Assembly (NCBI GenBank): GCA_019429125.1
Contig: JAHYJO010000014.1
Coordinates: forward strand, 10,335-44,741
DNA: 34,407 bases
Direction: 5' to 3'
DNA from: Nanobdellati archaeon
Lineage (GTDB): Archaea > EX4484-52 > GLR71
Shown here one piece after another: positions 18,580 through 27,093 of this stretch. The notes beneath the pieces are model-generated. The model was given only the letters and a program-made list of their open reading frames with translations, was not told the DNA's origin and did no database searches. A program made the translations under genes and the position numbers. Positions within the stretch are counted from its first letter, which is position 1. Every line of letters begins with the position of its first letter.

Positions 18580-19317
18580 CTATTGTTGAGCAACAGTTAA
18601 ATATATTTCACCAAACATTTCAGGTTGATCTATAGATACTCTTCCCTGGTTAGATAGGTGAAGCATAGAATTAAAGTTCCTTATGACCTTTTTTTTGTCA
18701 GACACATCCACAATTGATGAGAATTTCAGAATATTGTCAACATTAATATTATCACAGATTTTTTCAAAAAGTTCTTCAATATTGTCAGTTATATCTTCAC
18801 CTAAAAGATCAATTTGGAAAACCTCACGTGCTTCTCTGCGGTTCTTGATAGTCATCGCATTATCAAGTGCATTTATAAGTTCATTAAGTGTGACTTTACC
18901 TTGCGGTCTTCTAAATATTGGCACACTAATTGGCGGAATCTTAATGTCTGACACATCAATCTTTTCATTGCATGTCTCAAGGTTATATGCTTCTTCTTGA
19001 GCATTTATACCTTCACCCGAATCATCTTCAACAATTTTAAACGTATCCACCTTCATCCTGTAAAGTATGGCTGCTGTAAGTATAATTTTTGCTGGTATCC
19101 TAAGGTCCTCTTTCTTAGTATTTTTGATGTAATCCATAAACCTCGCAGAAAGAACTACAAGGTCAATATCCCATGGGTTCATATCGCTTGTCAATGCAAG
19201 GAGCACGTTTTCCCATTTGCCAGAACTTATGTTTTCAACTATATTATCATGGCTCAATTTTTCAGGTTCTGAGAATGAATCCTCACGATTGATATCTATG
19301 TTTTTTATTTCTTCCAT
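18580..19317 (-). CDS. scpA: Kleisin ScpA
   Basis: MNPWDIDL...AAILYRMK...KVTLNELINAL...FNSMLHL...QPEMFGEI; directly upstream of scpB. Confidence 0.92.
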   Translation of the reverse strand: MEEIKNIDINREDSFSEPEKLSHDNIVENISSGKWENVLLALTSDMNPWDIDLVVLSARFMDYIKNTKKEDLRIPAKIILTAAILYRMKVDTFKIVEDDSGEGINAQEEAYNLETCNEKIDVSDIKIPPISVPIFRRPQGKVTLNELINALDNAMTIKNRREAREVFQIDLLGEDITDNIEELFEKICDNINVDNILKFSSIVDVSDKKKVIRNFNSMLHLSNQGRVSIDQPEMFGEIYLTVAQQ

Positions 19318-19362
19318 AATATCAACCCTAAAAAGATTATGATACCTGATTTAAATAATTGA

Positions 19363-19512
19363 GGTCATTTATGTTGTTTGGCAGTGCATGGGACCAAAGC
19401 ATTGTTTGACGGATTACTACCGTGAAGTTTGTCCTGCATTCCACACATGTTATAAATGCCTCGATAAGTCCGATTGAAATCAACTTATTCGATTATTCTC
19501 ATCAGGCTTTTT
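19363..19512. ncRNA. Candidate structured RNA (two stem-loops) between scpA and the purF-like gene
   Basis: Nested pairings CATTTAT/ATAAATG, TGG/CCA, AGTGCA/TGCATT, GGAC/GTCC, ACGG/CCGT; second hairpin TCGATAAGT/ACTTATTCGA closed by GCCT/AGGC and followed by T5. Confidence 0.45.
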
Positions 19513-19633
19513 ATTGAACAATTATAATTATTGTTTTTAGGATATATATAAGTTTCGGTTTTTGAATATATAGTTTAGTTACAATAATTTAATCTTTAAT
19601 AACTTTCACAACCTTTCAATAATTAAGAAACAT

Positions 19634-21400
19634 ATGTGTGGTGTGATTGGAGGATTTAGGCTTGTAGCACCAATGGACCATTCTTATTCTGAGTTATGCA
19701 AAAATTCAATTACTGGAGAAATAATCTCTCAACTTCTAAAAGGTTTAAGTAACAGAGGTCACGAATCTGTAGGGCTTGTTATGGAATCCTCAAATGATAT
19801 TAGATTCGTCGAACAAGATACTGGAACTGTTTCAGATTTCCTAAATACTTATGGTGTAGATATAGACTATTTCTTAAAAAATATAGATCTCAAAGATTTT
19901 ATAGGGCACATACGTTATGCAACAAGCAGTGGCACAAAAATTGACAATAAAAGTACTGAAACAAACAATATACATCCTATTTTCATAGGGTCAGACAATT
20001 ACAATCTGATTCTTGCAGAAAATGGCCAGACTTATTCAGACACTATTTGTATTCACGATGAATGTGTGGATGGTTACCTAAAACCCGGTATGTTGAATCG
20101 TTACGGCGCAACAAATGACACTTCATTTAAAGGGATGCGGCTTCTTGATATCCTTGAGAACAGTAACACCTCTCAAAAAAGTTTTCATGACATTTTATTG
20201 TCAGGTCTTGATACTTTATATGATGAAACTTTTGACAATGGTATGTTTTCAACACTTGGGCAAATAAAAGATAAAGTCTCAGGAAAATCATATTTTGTTG
20301 TCATGCGCGACGGTGGCCGTCCATTATATCAGTTTGATCTTGATGGTTTTAGGATATTTTGTTCTGAATCTTCTGCAATAACTGATATTATGCAAAATCT
20401 TGAGATTAATCTTGATGCCAAAAACATTATGCAGTTCCCATCAGGGGGCATAAGTGTATATGATTTAGATTTAGGAACTAGTTTCAATCAACAAAAGGAG
20501 GCAAAACCAGACTGTTTTTTTGAATATGCATATCTGATGAATCAAAATACCTTTGTGCCTAATATTAATTATGATCTTGTTAAAGTTGATGACATCCGTG
20601 CAACTCTTGGTATCCAGACACTCGAAGAACATCCAGAAATTCTTAATCTTCTGAAAAATAATAAGGATTGTATGTTGTCATCTGTACCTAATTCAGGTCT
20701 TTCATATACAAAATTATTCAAAGATAAATATGGTATTGATGATACACAGTTCATAACAAGAAACCCAAATTACGATTACCGCACATTTATAGCAAGTGAT
20801 GACCCAAAAATAAGATTAAGCAAAGCAAACGATAAGTTTATAATAAGTCCTGATGTCAAAGGTAAAAAAGTAGTAATCTTTGACGACAGCCTGGTACGAT
20901 ATAATGTTGCCTCCGTCTTAAACAAAAAGTTAAGAAAAGCCGGCGCAGAAGAAGTATATTATCTTTTTGCCACACCACCAATAATAAGTCCCTGCTATGG
21001 TGGGATAAACACATACAGAAAAGATCTTGCAGTGACAGCTATTGAAAAACTTTCAAAAAGAAAAATCACTGCAAAAGCTATAGGTATAGATTATTATGGT
21101 ACTGGTGCACACAAAGGTTTTGAAAATGCACTAAAATCATTTGAACACGAGCAGGTTATAATGGACTATTTAGGTGGTCCTGTAAAGACAGATGGTGTTG
21201 GATTTTTGAGCATCGCCGGTCTTAATAAAGTATTTAATAATTTAAACCTTCCACCCCCATCACAATGTTGTGTCACAGGTAAATATCCATACAAGTTTGA
21301 TGGTATAGAAGACTGGGACTATGTACCTTCTAAGGTTTACAATGCAGCAATCACACATTTTAAGATATACAATGATAGTACTTGTTTAGCAAAAAAATAA
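19634..21400 (+). CDS. purF: Divergent amidophosphoribosyltransferase (PurF-like)
   Basis: N-terminal MCG (Ntn nucleophile), NRGHESVG, GHIRYAT, RPL, CFFEYAY, VPNSG, VVIFDDSLVR, SPCYGG, CVTGKYP. Confidence 0.8.
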   Translation: MCGVIGGFRLVAPMDHSYSELCKNSITGEIISQLLKGLSNRGHESVGLVMESSNDIRFVEQDTGTVSDFLNTYGVDIDYFLKNIDLKDFIGHIRYATSSGTKIDNKSTETNNIHPIFIGSDNYNLILAENGQTYSDTICIHDECVDGYLKPGMLNRYGATNDTSFKGMRLLDILENSNTSQKSFHDILLSGLDTLYDETFDNGMFSTLGQIKDKVSGKSYFVVMRDGGRPLYQFDLDGFRIFCSESSAITDIMQNLEINLDAKNIMQFPSGGISVYDLDLGTSFNQQKEAKPDCFFEYAYLMNQNTFVPNINYDLVKVDDIRATLGIQTLEEHPEILNLLKNNKDCMLSSVPNSGLSYTKLFKDKYGIDDTQFITRNPNYDYRTFIASDDPKIRLSKANDKFIISPDVKGKKVVIFDDSLVRYNVASVLNKKLRKAGAEEVYYLFATPPIISPCYGGINTYRKDLAVTAIEKLSKRKITAKAIGIDYYGTGAHKGFENALKSFEHEQVIMDYLGGPVKTDGVGFLSIAGLNKVFNNLNLPPPSQCCVTGKYPYKFDGIEDWDYVPSKVYNAAITHFKIYNDSTCLAKK

Positions 21401-21432
21401 TCAATATGCTCAGGCCGTTATGGTATGATTTT

Positions 21433-21640
21433 CAATAAGTTATAATTGTTACAAAATCAATAGCTAACGCTTAAAAATGTGTTGTTAAAAAATCTTAAAA
21501 ATTATTTAATCGTATTCTTATAAAATCGATAGCTTGCACCCAACTTAAAAAAGTATAAATATAATTATTTCAAAAAATAGTAGTTATCTCTTAAAAAATC
21601 AAAATTAATCAAGACAAAAATTAGCTAAACAAATACCAAT
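21433..21640 (+). repeat. Degenerate dispersed repeat related to 13689-13915
   Basis: Same order and similar spacing of blocks AATAAGTTATA, GAYAGYTTG, AAAAAGTATAAA, TAAAAAATCAA and TTAATCAAG(A)CAAAAAT in both regions. Confidence 0.4.
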
Positions 21641-21720
21641 GATACAATTCCTCTAAAAATCATAATATAAAACATCACCAACATTTAAAAAATTATACAC
21701 AACATTATAAATTGATTTAA

Positions 21721-23013
21721 ATGGAACGAACATATTCTTCAGACATTAAGGCAGGCGCAAAAGTACGACTCTCTGGTTGGGTTCATGAAAAAAGAGACTT
21801 AGGCAAACTTGTATTTCTCATAGTTCGAGATATGGAAGGTCTTTCGCAAGTGACTGCAAAAACCGGTGAGACTGACGATGCGCTAGTTGAACTGGTAAAA
21901 AAAATAGGCAAAGAGTTTGTAGTGGACATTGAAGGCACAGCAGAACAGAATGATCGCGCACCAAACGGTGTCGAGATAAAACCAACAAAGATAACAATAA
22001 TCTCCGAAGCACAATCACCTTTACCTATAGAATCAACAGGAAAAGTCCAGTCAGACCTTGACACAAGACTTGACAATCGATTCCTTGACCTTAGACGCCC
22101 TGAAGTAAGAGCAATATTCTCAATCCAGAACCAGATTATGCGCAGTTTCAGACGAACTTTAGATGATGCAGGTTTCCTAGAGATAACACCTCCTGGTGTA
22201 ATTGCAGCATCCTCTGAAGGTGGCGCAGAACTTTTCCCTATACCTTATTACAATAAAGAAGCATTCCTCGCCCAAAGTCCACAAATATACAAACAAATGG
22301 CAGTCATGGGTGGTATGGAAAAAGTATCCATGATAACTCCAGTCTGGCGGGCTGAAAGATCAAACACTACAAGACACCTATCTGAAGTAAGGCAGATGGA
22401 CATAGAGATGGGTTTTGCAACCGACAAAGAAGCGATGGATGTCTTAGATAATGTAATACTTAACATATTTTCAGATGTAAAGGCAAACTGCGAAACCAAA
22501 CTTAAACTTTTAGAGACCGATTTTAATGTCCCCAAACTACCTCTTAAAAGAGTAACATATACAGACACATTAAAGATGCTTGAAAAAGAAGGTATAAACC
22601 TCAAATGGGGCGAAGATTTATCCACGCCTGCTGAAAAGAAGATTTGTGAAATAATAGGCTGGGATACACCATTCTACATAACTGAATGGCCGACAGATGT
22701 GCGCGCATTCTATTCAATGCCTGATGAAAAAAATCCAAATATCTGCCACGCATTTGATTTGATGTTTAGGGGTGTTGAGCTATTGTCTGGTGCACAGCGT
22801 ATCCACATACCCGAACTATTAATCGAGCGCATAAAAGCAAAAGGTATGGACTCTGAAAACTTCAAGTTCTACATTGACACTTTCAGGTATGGAGCACCAC
22901 CTCACGCAGGGTGGTCCATAGGTCTTGAAAGAATAACAATGTTAATGACTAATAGAGATAACATAAGAGAAGCATGCCTGTTCCCAAGAGATCCGAAAAG
23001 GTTAACACCTTAA
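21721..23013 (+). CDS. aspS: Aspartyl-tRNA synthetase, archaeal type, probably non-discriminating
   Basis: GWVHEKRDLG, RLDNRFLDLR, LAQSPQIYKQ, SGAQRIH, YGAPPHAGWSIGLER, LFPRDPKRLTP. Confidence 0.97.
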   Translation: MERTYSSDIKAGAKVRLSGWVHEKRDLGKLVFLIVRDMEGLSQVTAKTGETDDALVELVKKIGKEFVVDIEGTAEQNDRAPNGVEIKPTKITIISEAQSPLPIESTGKVQSDLDTRLDNRFLDLRRPEVRAIFSIQNQIMRSFRRTLDDAGFLEITPPGVIAASSEGGAELFPIPYYNKEAFLAQSPQIYKQMAVMGGMEKVSMITPVWRAERSNTTRHLSEVRQMDIEMGFATDKEAMDVLDNVILNIFSDVKANCETKLKLLETDFNVPKLPLKRVTYTDTLKMLEKEGINLKWGEDLSTPAEKKICEIIGWDTPFYITEWPTDVRAFYSMPDEKNPNICHAFDLMFRGVELLSGAQRIHIPELLIERIKAKGMDSENFKFYIDTFRYGAPPHAGWSIGLERITMLMTNRDNIREACLFPRDPKRLTP

Positions 23014-23014
23014 T
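22977..23014 (+). repeat. 38-bp direct repeat (aspS 3' end), left att-like copy
   Basis: CCTGTTCCCAAGAGATCCGAAAAGGTTAACACCTTAAT is identical to 24509-24546, and the following T-tract is also nearly identical. Confidence 0.9.
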
Positions 23015-23027
23015 ATTTTTTATTTTT

Positions 23028-24284
23028 TTATTCCAATAACCATTTCCATATTGGTTTAATTGTTATTGTTTTTGTATTAATTTTTATTTCTTTTTCTTCA
23101 TCTTCTGTAAGTATCAGTCCTTCATTTAAATCATAAGAATTCATTGCATCTAAAAGTCCGTCAATCTCTCTATTTTTTGTATTTTCATCGTCCATATTTT
23201 GTGTCACTTGAATTGCCATTGTTATATATCTGCCATCCCTTATGACAAAATCACATTCTTTTTTACGTTTATGATAATATATCTCTTTATTTCTGCGTTT
23301 TAATTCTAAGAATACAACATTTTCTAATATTCGTCCATAATCACGAGATGTCCTAAAACCTAAAACATTTGCGAGTGCAGTATCTATAAGGTATATTTTT
23401 TTATTTGCGTATATCTGTTTTTTTAATGATATGTCAAATCGAGGAACTAAAAATGTAAGATAGCTGTTTTCCATATATTCTATATATTCTTTTATTGTAG
23501 TTGCACTTGTAAGACCTGTCATATTTTTAAGATTGTTGAAGCTTACTTCTTTACCTATATTGCTTGATATAAAATATATGATTTCTTTCAATGCTTTCTC
23601 ATTTTTTAAGTTATATCTTGTGATTATGTCGCGATATAATATATTTTCATATAATGCTTTAAGATACTCGACCTTTTCAGTTTTAACAAATTCAGGGAAT
23701 CCACCTTTTTCTATAAATTCATTAAAATACCGTTTGATATTACTTTTGTCAATCCCCGTTATCATTTTATCCGTTTTGACTTGATAATTTTTAAAATTTA
23801 AGAATTCTTTAAATGAAAATGGATAAAGGGTAAAATTAATATTTCTACCCGTAAGATGTGTCCCTAACTCACGACTCAACATGCTTGCATTTGAACCAGT
23901 GATATATATTTTTTTATCTGCATCATGTAATCGTCTTACAAAACGTTCCCATCCATTTATGTTCTGTATCTCATCAAAGAAAAATATATCAATTTCATCA
24001 TATAATTCTATAAGAACTTCATGCATTATCTTAAAATCATCAACATTAAAATTAATGAATCTTTCATCATCAAAGTTGACATAATAACTCTGAGCATGAT
24101 ACTTTTTTCTGATATCTTCCATCAATGTAGATTTACCACATCGTCTTATTCCTGAAATAATTAAAATAAATTTATCTTGTTCATAATTACATATAGTAGT
24201 TTCTAAATCTCTTTTTATTATATTCTCTGTTGCTTTTATCTGATTCTGTTCAATTAATAATTGTTTCAATTCCTCTCTATTCAT
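23028..24284 (-). CDS. AAA+ ATP-binding protein (AAA_14 plus DUF4143 type)
   Basis: GIRRCGKST Walker A, FFDEIQ Walker B, ITGSNA, GGFPE, KKIYLIDTAL, LENVVFLEL, ECDFV. Start MNREELK (24284) preferred to 24416. Confidence 0.92.
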   Translation of the reverse strand: MNREELKQLLIEQNQIKATENIIKRDLETTICNYEQDKFILIISGIRRCGKSTLMEDIRKKYHAQSYYVNFDDERFINFNVDDFKIMHEVLIELYDEIDIFFFDEIQNINGWERFVRRLHDADKKIYITGSNASMLSRELGTHLTGRNINFTLYPFSFKEFLNFKNYQVKTDKMITGIDKSNIKRYFNEFIEKGGFPEFVKTEKVEYLKALYENILYRDIITRYNLKNEKALKEIIYFISSNIGKEVSFNNLKNMTGLTSATTIKEYIEYMENSYLTFLVPRFDISLKKQIYANKKIYLIDTALANVLGFRTSRDYGRILENVVFLELKRRNKEIYYHKRKKECDFVIRDGRYITMAIQVTQNMDDENTKNREIDGLLDAMNSYDLNEGLILTEDEEKEIKINTKTITIKPIWKWLLE

Positions 24285-24429
24285 ATTTTTATTTGGGTTT
24301 CTATTCTTTATAAACATTTGGTCTGTCAAACCACAAAAAGTAATATTTATTTGGTTTATAAAACCAAATACTCCGATTGATACTGATTTTATATAGGATT
24401 TAACTATGTCTTGCAAATTAAAGGTATCC

Positions 24430-24546
24430 TATGTATAATCTACCTGTTCCCAAGAGATCCGCAAAATTGCGTCCAGATATGACGGTACTCTTATTTATGT
24501 ATAATCTACCTGTTCCCAAGAGATCCGAAAAGGTTAACACCTTAAT
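24430..24546 (+). repeat. Tandem att-like repeats: 32 bp, 34-bp spacer, 32 bp extending into the full aspS 3' duplicate
   Basis: TATGTATAATCTACCTGTTCCCAAGAGATCCG at 24430-24461 and 24496-24527; the last 19 bp equal aspS 22977-22995. Confidence 0.9.
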
Positions 24547-24623
24547 CTTTTTTATTTTTTTCTTGCATTAACTTTAAATAGAATTAATCAGAATTATTCT
24601 TATACTTCTTTAGGTGAAAATTT

Positions 24624-26021
24624 ATTGCAAAAGAATATGATTTAATAATTGTGGGTGCAGGAACCGCAGGTTGTACCTGTGCAATCCGTGCTGCGCGCAA
24701 AGGTTTAAATGTCGCAATCATTGAACGAAAAGAAAAAAAGAAGATAGGCGATAAAGTCTGTGGTGACTTAATAGGTTACGACCTTATAACCTGGATAAAA
24801 GATACACTTAACCTTGATTATTCAAAAAACAAATCAATAAATTATATAATTGATAACGTTAACACTTATTCTCCTAACAAAAAAACTGTCATGAAAACCA
24901 AATACAAATGCGCAATGATAAATCGTCACAGATTCGGTCAGAATCTCTTAAAAGACACCTTAAAAGAAGGATGCAAACTATATGATGCAACCATCTGTGT
25001 TGAACCCATAATTAATGATAATTTTGTATGTGGCATAAAAGTACGAGATGCTAAAACTGGAAAAACATCTACTCTCAATTCAAAAATTGTGGTTGATGCA
25101 AGCGGTGCAATACCTGCACTTAGAAATAAAATCAAGTTGAACAATTCTCATATAGATACAGTTATAGATGAATCTGATGAATCTTTCTCCTATCGTGAGA
25201 TACGCAGACTGAAAAAACCTTTAGACGACCCAAAGACTGCAAAAATCTTCATGTCTGGAACCTATGCGCATGGTGGATATTATTGGTATTTTCCAGAATC
25301 TAAAGACATAATCAACATAGGTATCGGTATACCACGAGATAAAGAGACTTACAAGTTAAAAGATATGCTAAAAACTATAATGGATAATGACTCAATATTT
25401 AAAGATTCTACAGTTATTAGTGCGGGTGGTGGTATGCTTCCTACAAGAAGACATTTAGACTCACTTGTAGCAAACGGTTTCATGTTTGTGGGTGATGCGG
25501 CTTCACAAATAAATCCTGTGACAGGTGGTGGTATTGCTCTATCTATGGGTGCCGGTCTCATCTGTGCTGATGTTGCATCTCACGCAATTAAAGAAGATGA
25601 CGTTTCTGAATCGGGCTTATGGAAATTTAATTATCTGTATGGTGGCAGAAAAGACATAAAATGGAAAGAGTTAAATGATTATGTCAATGATGGCGCACCC
25701 AATGCAGCAAGTGATCTTTTGAGGATATTTGCTAAAAATTTAAATGACAAATCCTTAAATTTCGCATTCAAAAATTTCCTAGATGTTACAATGCTTGCAA
25801 AAGTAAGTTATGGTCAAACACATAATCCAAAATTATCACAAAAGATGAAAATAATATTAAAAAGTCTTCCAAGGTTACCTCTTTTAATCAAATTCACACA
25901 TTTAATGAGTCTCATGGACAAGATTAAAAAATTATATATGATTTATCCAAAGACACCAAATGCATTCCCTGAATGGAAAAAGCGCCTTGATATAATCTAT
26001 GATGAGGTGTATAAGATATAA
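24624..26021 (+). CDS. Geranylgeranyl reductase family flavoprotein (DGGR-like)
   Basis: IAKEYDLIIVGAGTAG, KVCGD, VVDASG, GGYYWYFP, INIGIG, VGDAASQINPVTGGGI. Start inferred at ATT 24624. Confidence 0.9.
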   Translation: MAKEYDLIIVGAGTAGCTCAIRAARKGLNVAIIERKEKKKIGDKVCGDLIGYDLITWIKDTLNLDYSKNKSINYIIDNVNTYSPNKKTVMKTKYKCAMINRHRFGQNLLKDTLKEGCKLYDATICVEPIINDNFVCGIKVRDAKTGKTSTLNSKIVVDASGAIPALRNKIKLNNSHIDTVIDESDESFSYREIRRLKKPLDDPKTAKIFMSGTYAHGGYYWYFPESKDIINIGIGIPRDKETYKLKDMLKTIMDNDSIFKDSTVISAGGGMLPTRRHLDSLVANGFMFVGDAASQINPVTGGGIALSMGAGLICADVASHAIKEDDVSESGLWKFNYLYGGRKDIKWKELNDYVNDGAPNAASDLLRIFAKNLNDKSLNFAFKNFLDVTMLAKVSYGQTHNPKLSQKMKIILKSLPRLPLLIKFTHLMSLMDKIKKLYMIYPKTPNAFPEWKKRLDIIYDEVYKI

Positions 26022-26024
26022 AAA

Positions 26025-26693
26025 TCATAATAATTTAGTTTTCGCAAGCACAGTATACCCGCCTTTTATCTTATCACCCTCTTTGACTAAGATATTTTCA
26101 ATCTTGGATAAGGGTATTATGACATCTGTCCGTGACCCAAACCTTATCAGTCCTATACGTCCGCCTTTGGGTACTATGTCTCCGATATTGACATTGCACA
26201 CTATACGTCTTGCAATGCTTCCTACCATCTGTATCACATGGATTGATATATCGTTGTTCTTTATGATTATATGATTTTTCTGGTTCTTATCTGCTTTTTT
26301 AAGATATGCAGGGAAAAAGGTTCCTCGATCATATTGCTTGTGTGTTATGACACCTTCAACTGGCGCCCTATTTATATGTACATTTAGTATTGATAAAAAA
26401 ACGACAATGCGCACTGCTGGCTCATTGAGAAATTTTGTGGACTTAAGATACTCTATCCGCTTTATAGTGCCATCTGAAGCTGCAAGTATGCTATTTTTTT
26501 CAATGCATCCATTTCTTACAGGGTCTCTAAAGAACCAAAGTGAAAAGATGGAAAACCCAAAAAATGGCATTGCAAATATCTGATTTATACTGTAATATAT
26601 CAATAATCCTGCCAGTAAAGATAAAAATGATATATAATATCCGTCCTTTGCGATATGTTTTGTAGATATTAACTTTCTTTTATTATGTACTAT
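26025..26693 (-). CDS. psd: Phosphatidylserine/archaetidylserine decarboxylase proenzyme
   Basis: IAKDGYY, WFFRDPVR, FLSILNVHINRAP, IARRIV, IRFGSRTD (pyruvoyl self-cleavage site). Start inferred at ATA 26693. Confidence 0.9.
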   Translation of the reverse strand: MVHNKRKLISTKHIAKDGYYISFLSLLAGLLIYYSINQIFAMPFFGFSIFSLWFFRDPVRNGCIEKNSILAASDGTIKRIEYLKSTKFLNEPAVRIVVFLSILNVHINRAPVEGVITHKQYDRGTFFPAYLKKADKNQKNHIIIKNNDISIHVIQMVGSIARRIVCNVNIGDIVPKGGRIGLIRFGSRTDVIIPLSKIENILVKEGDKIKGGYTVLAKTKLL

Positions 26694-26871
26694 TTATCTC
26701 ACCATCTTTTTTCAATCGATATTATTCTTTGTTATATACATATATATATTTTTTTAAAATAATCAATGTCTAAAAATGACAATTATAATTTATCTTATTC
26801 ATTATATATACCCTACTTATGTTTTGATTAAAATTGAACATATGATAATAATTTATAATCCCATTCAATCC

Positions 26872-27039
26872 GGCACTGTCCATTTTTTGAGTGATTTCAA
26901 ACAAAATGTAGTTAATTAAATACCTTCATTTCTTTTGTAATTCGACGTGAAATGTGTATATTAAATAGATCTCTGCAGGAGTTTATAAACAAACAATATT
27001 TAAAACATATTCAAAATCACTCACTTTTTGAACAGTGCC
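26872..27039 (+). mobile_element. 168-bp MITE with IS6-like ends and an 8-bp target duplication
   Basis: 26-bp imperfect TIRs GGCACTGTCCATTTTTTGAGTGATTT / AAATCACTCACTTTTTGAACAGTGCC. TTCAATCC is repeated at 26864-26871 and 27040-27047. No coding capacity. Confidence 0.9.
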
Positions 27040-27093
27040 TTCAATCCCTAAAACATTTAAACTATTCAATTCAATAATCATCAGGTAACGTCA

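Noticed and set aside
19455-19512. Hammerhead ribozyme or C/D box RNA on the minus strand (CUGAUGA...CGAA)
   Set aside because: The core reads GAAU rather than GAAA, stem II is only 2 bp, stem I is out of register, and no D box lies at a suitable distance.
24430-24527. True CRISPR array
   Set aside because: Only two repeats, 19 of the 32 bp come from aspS, there is no typical repeat terminus and no cas genes or leader. Kept as an att-like scar.
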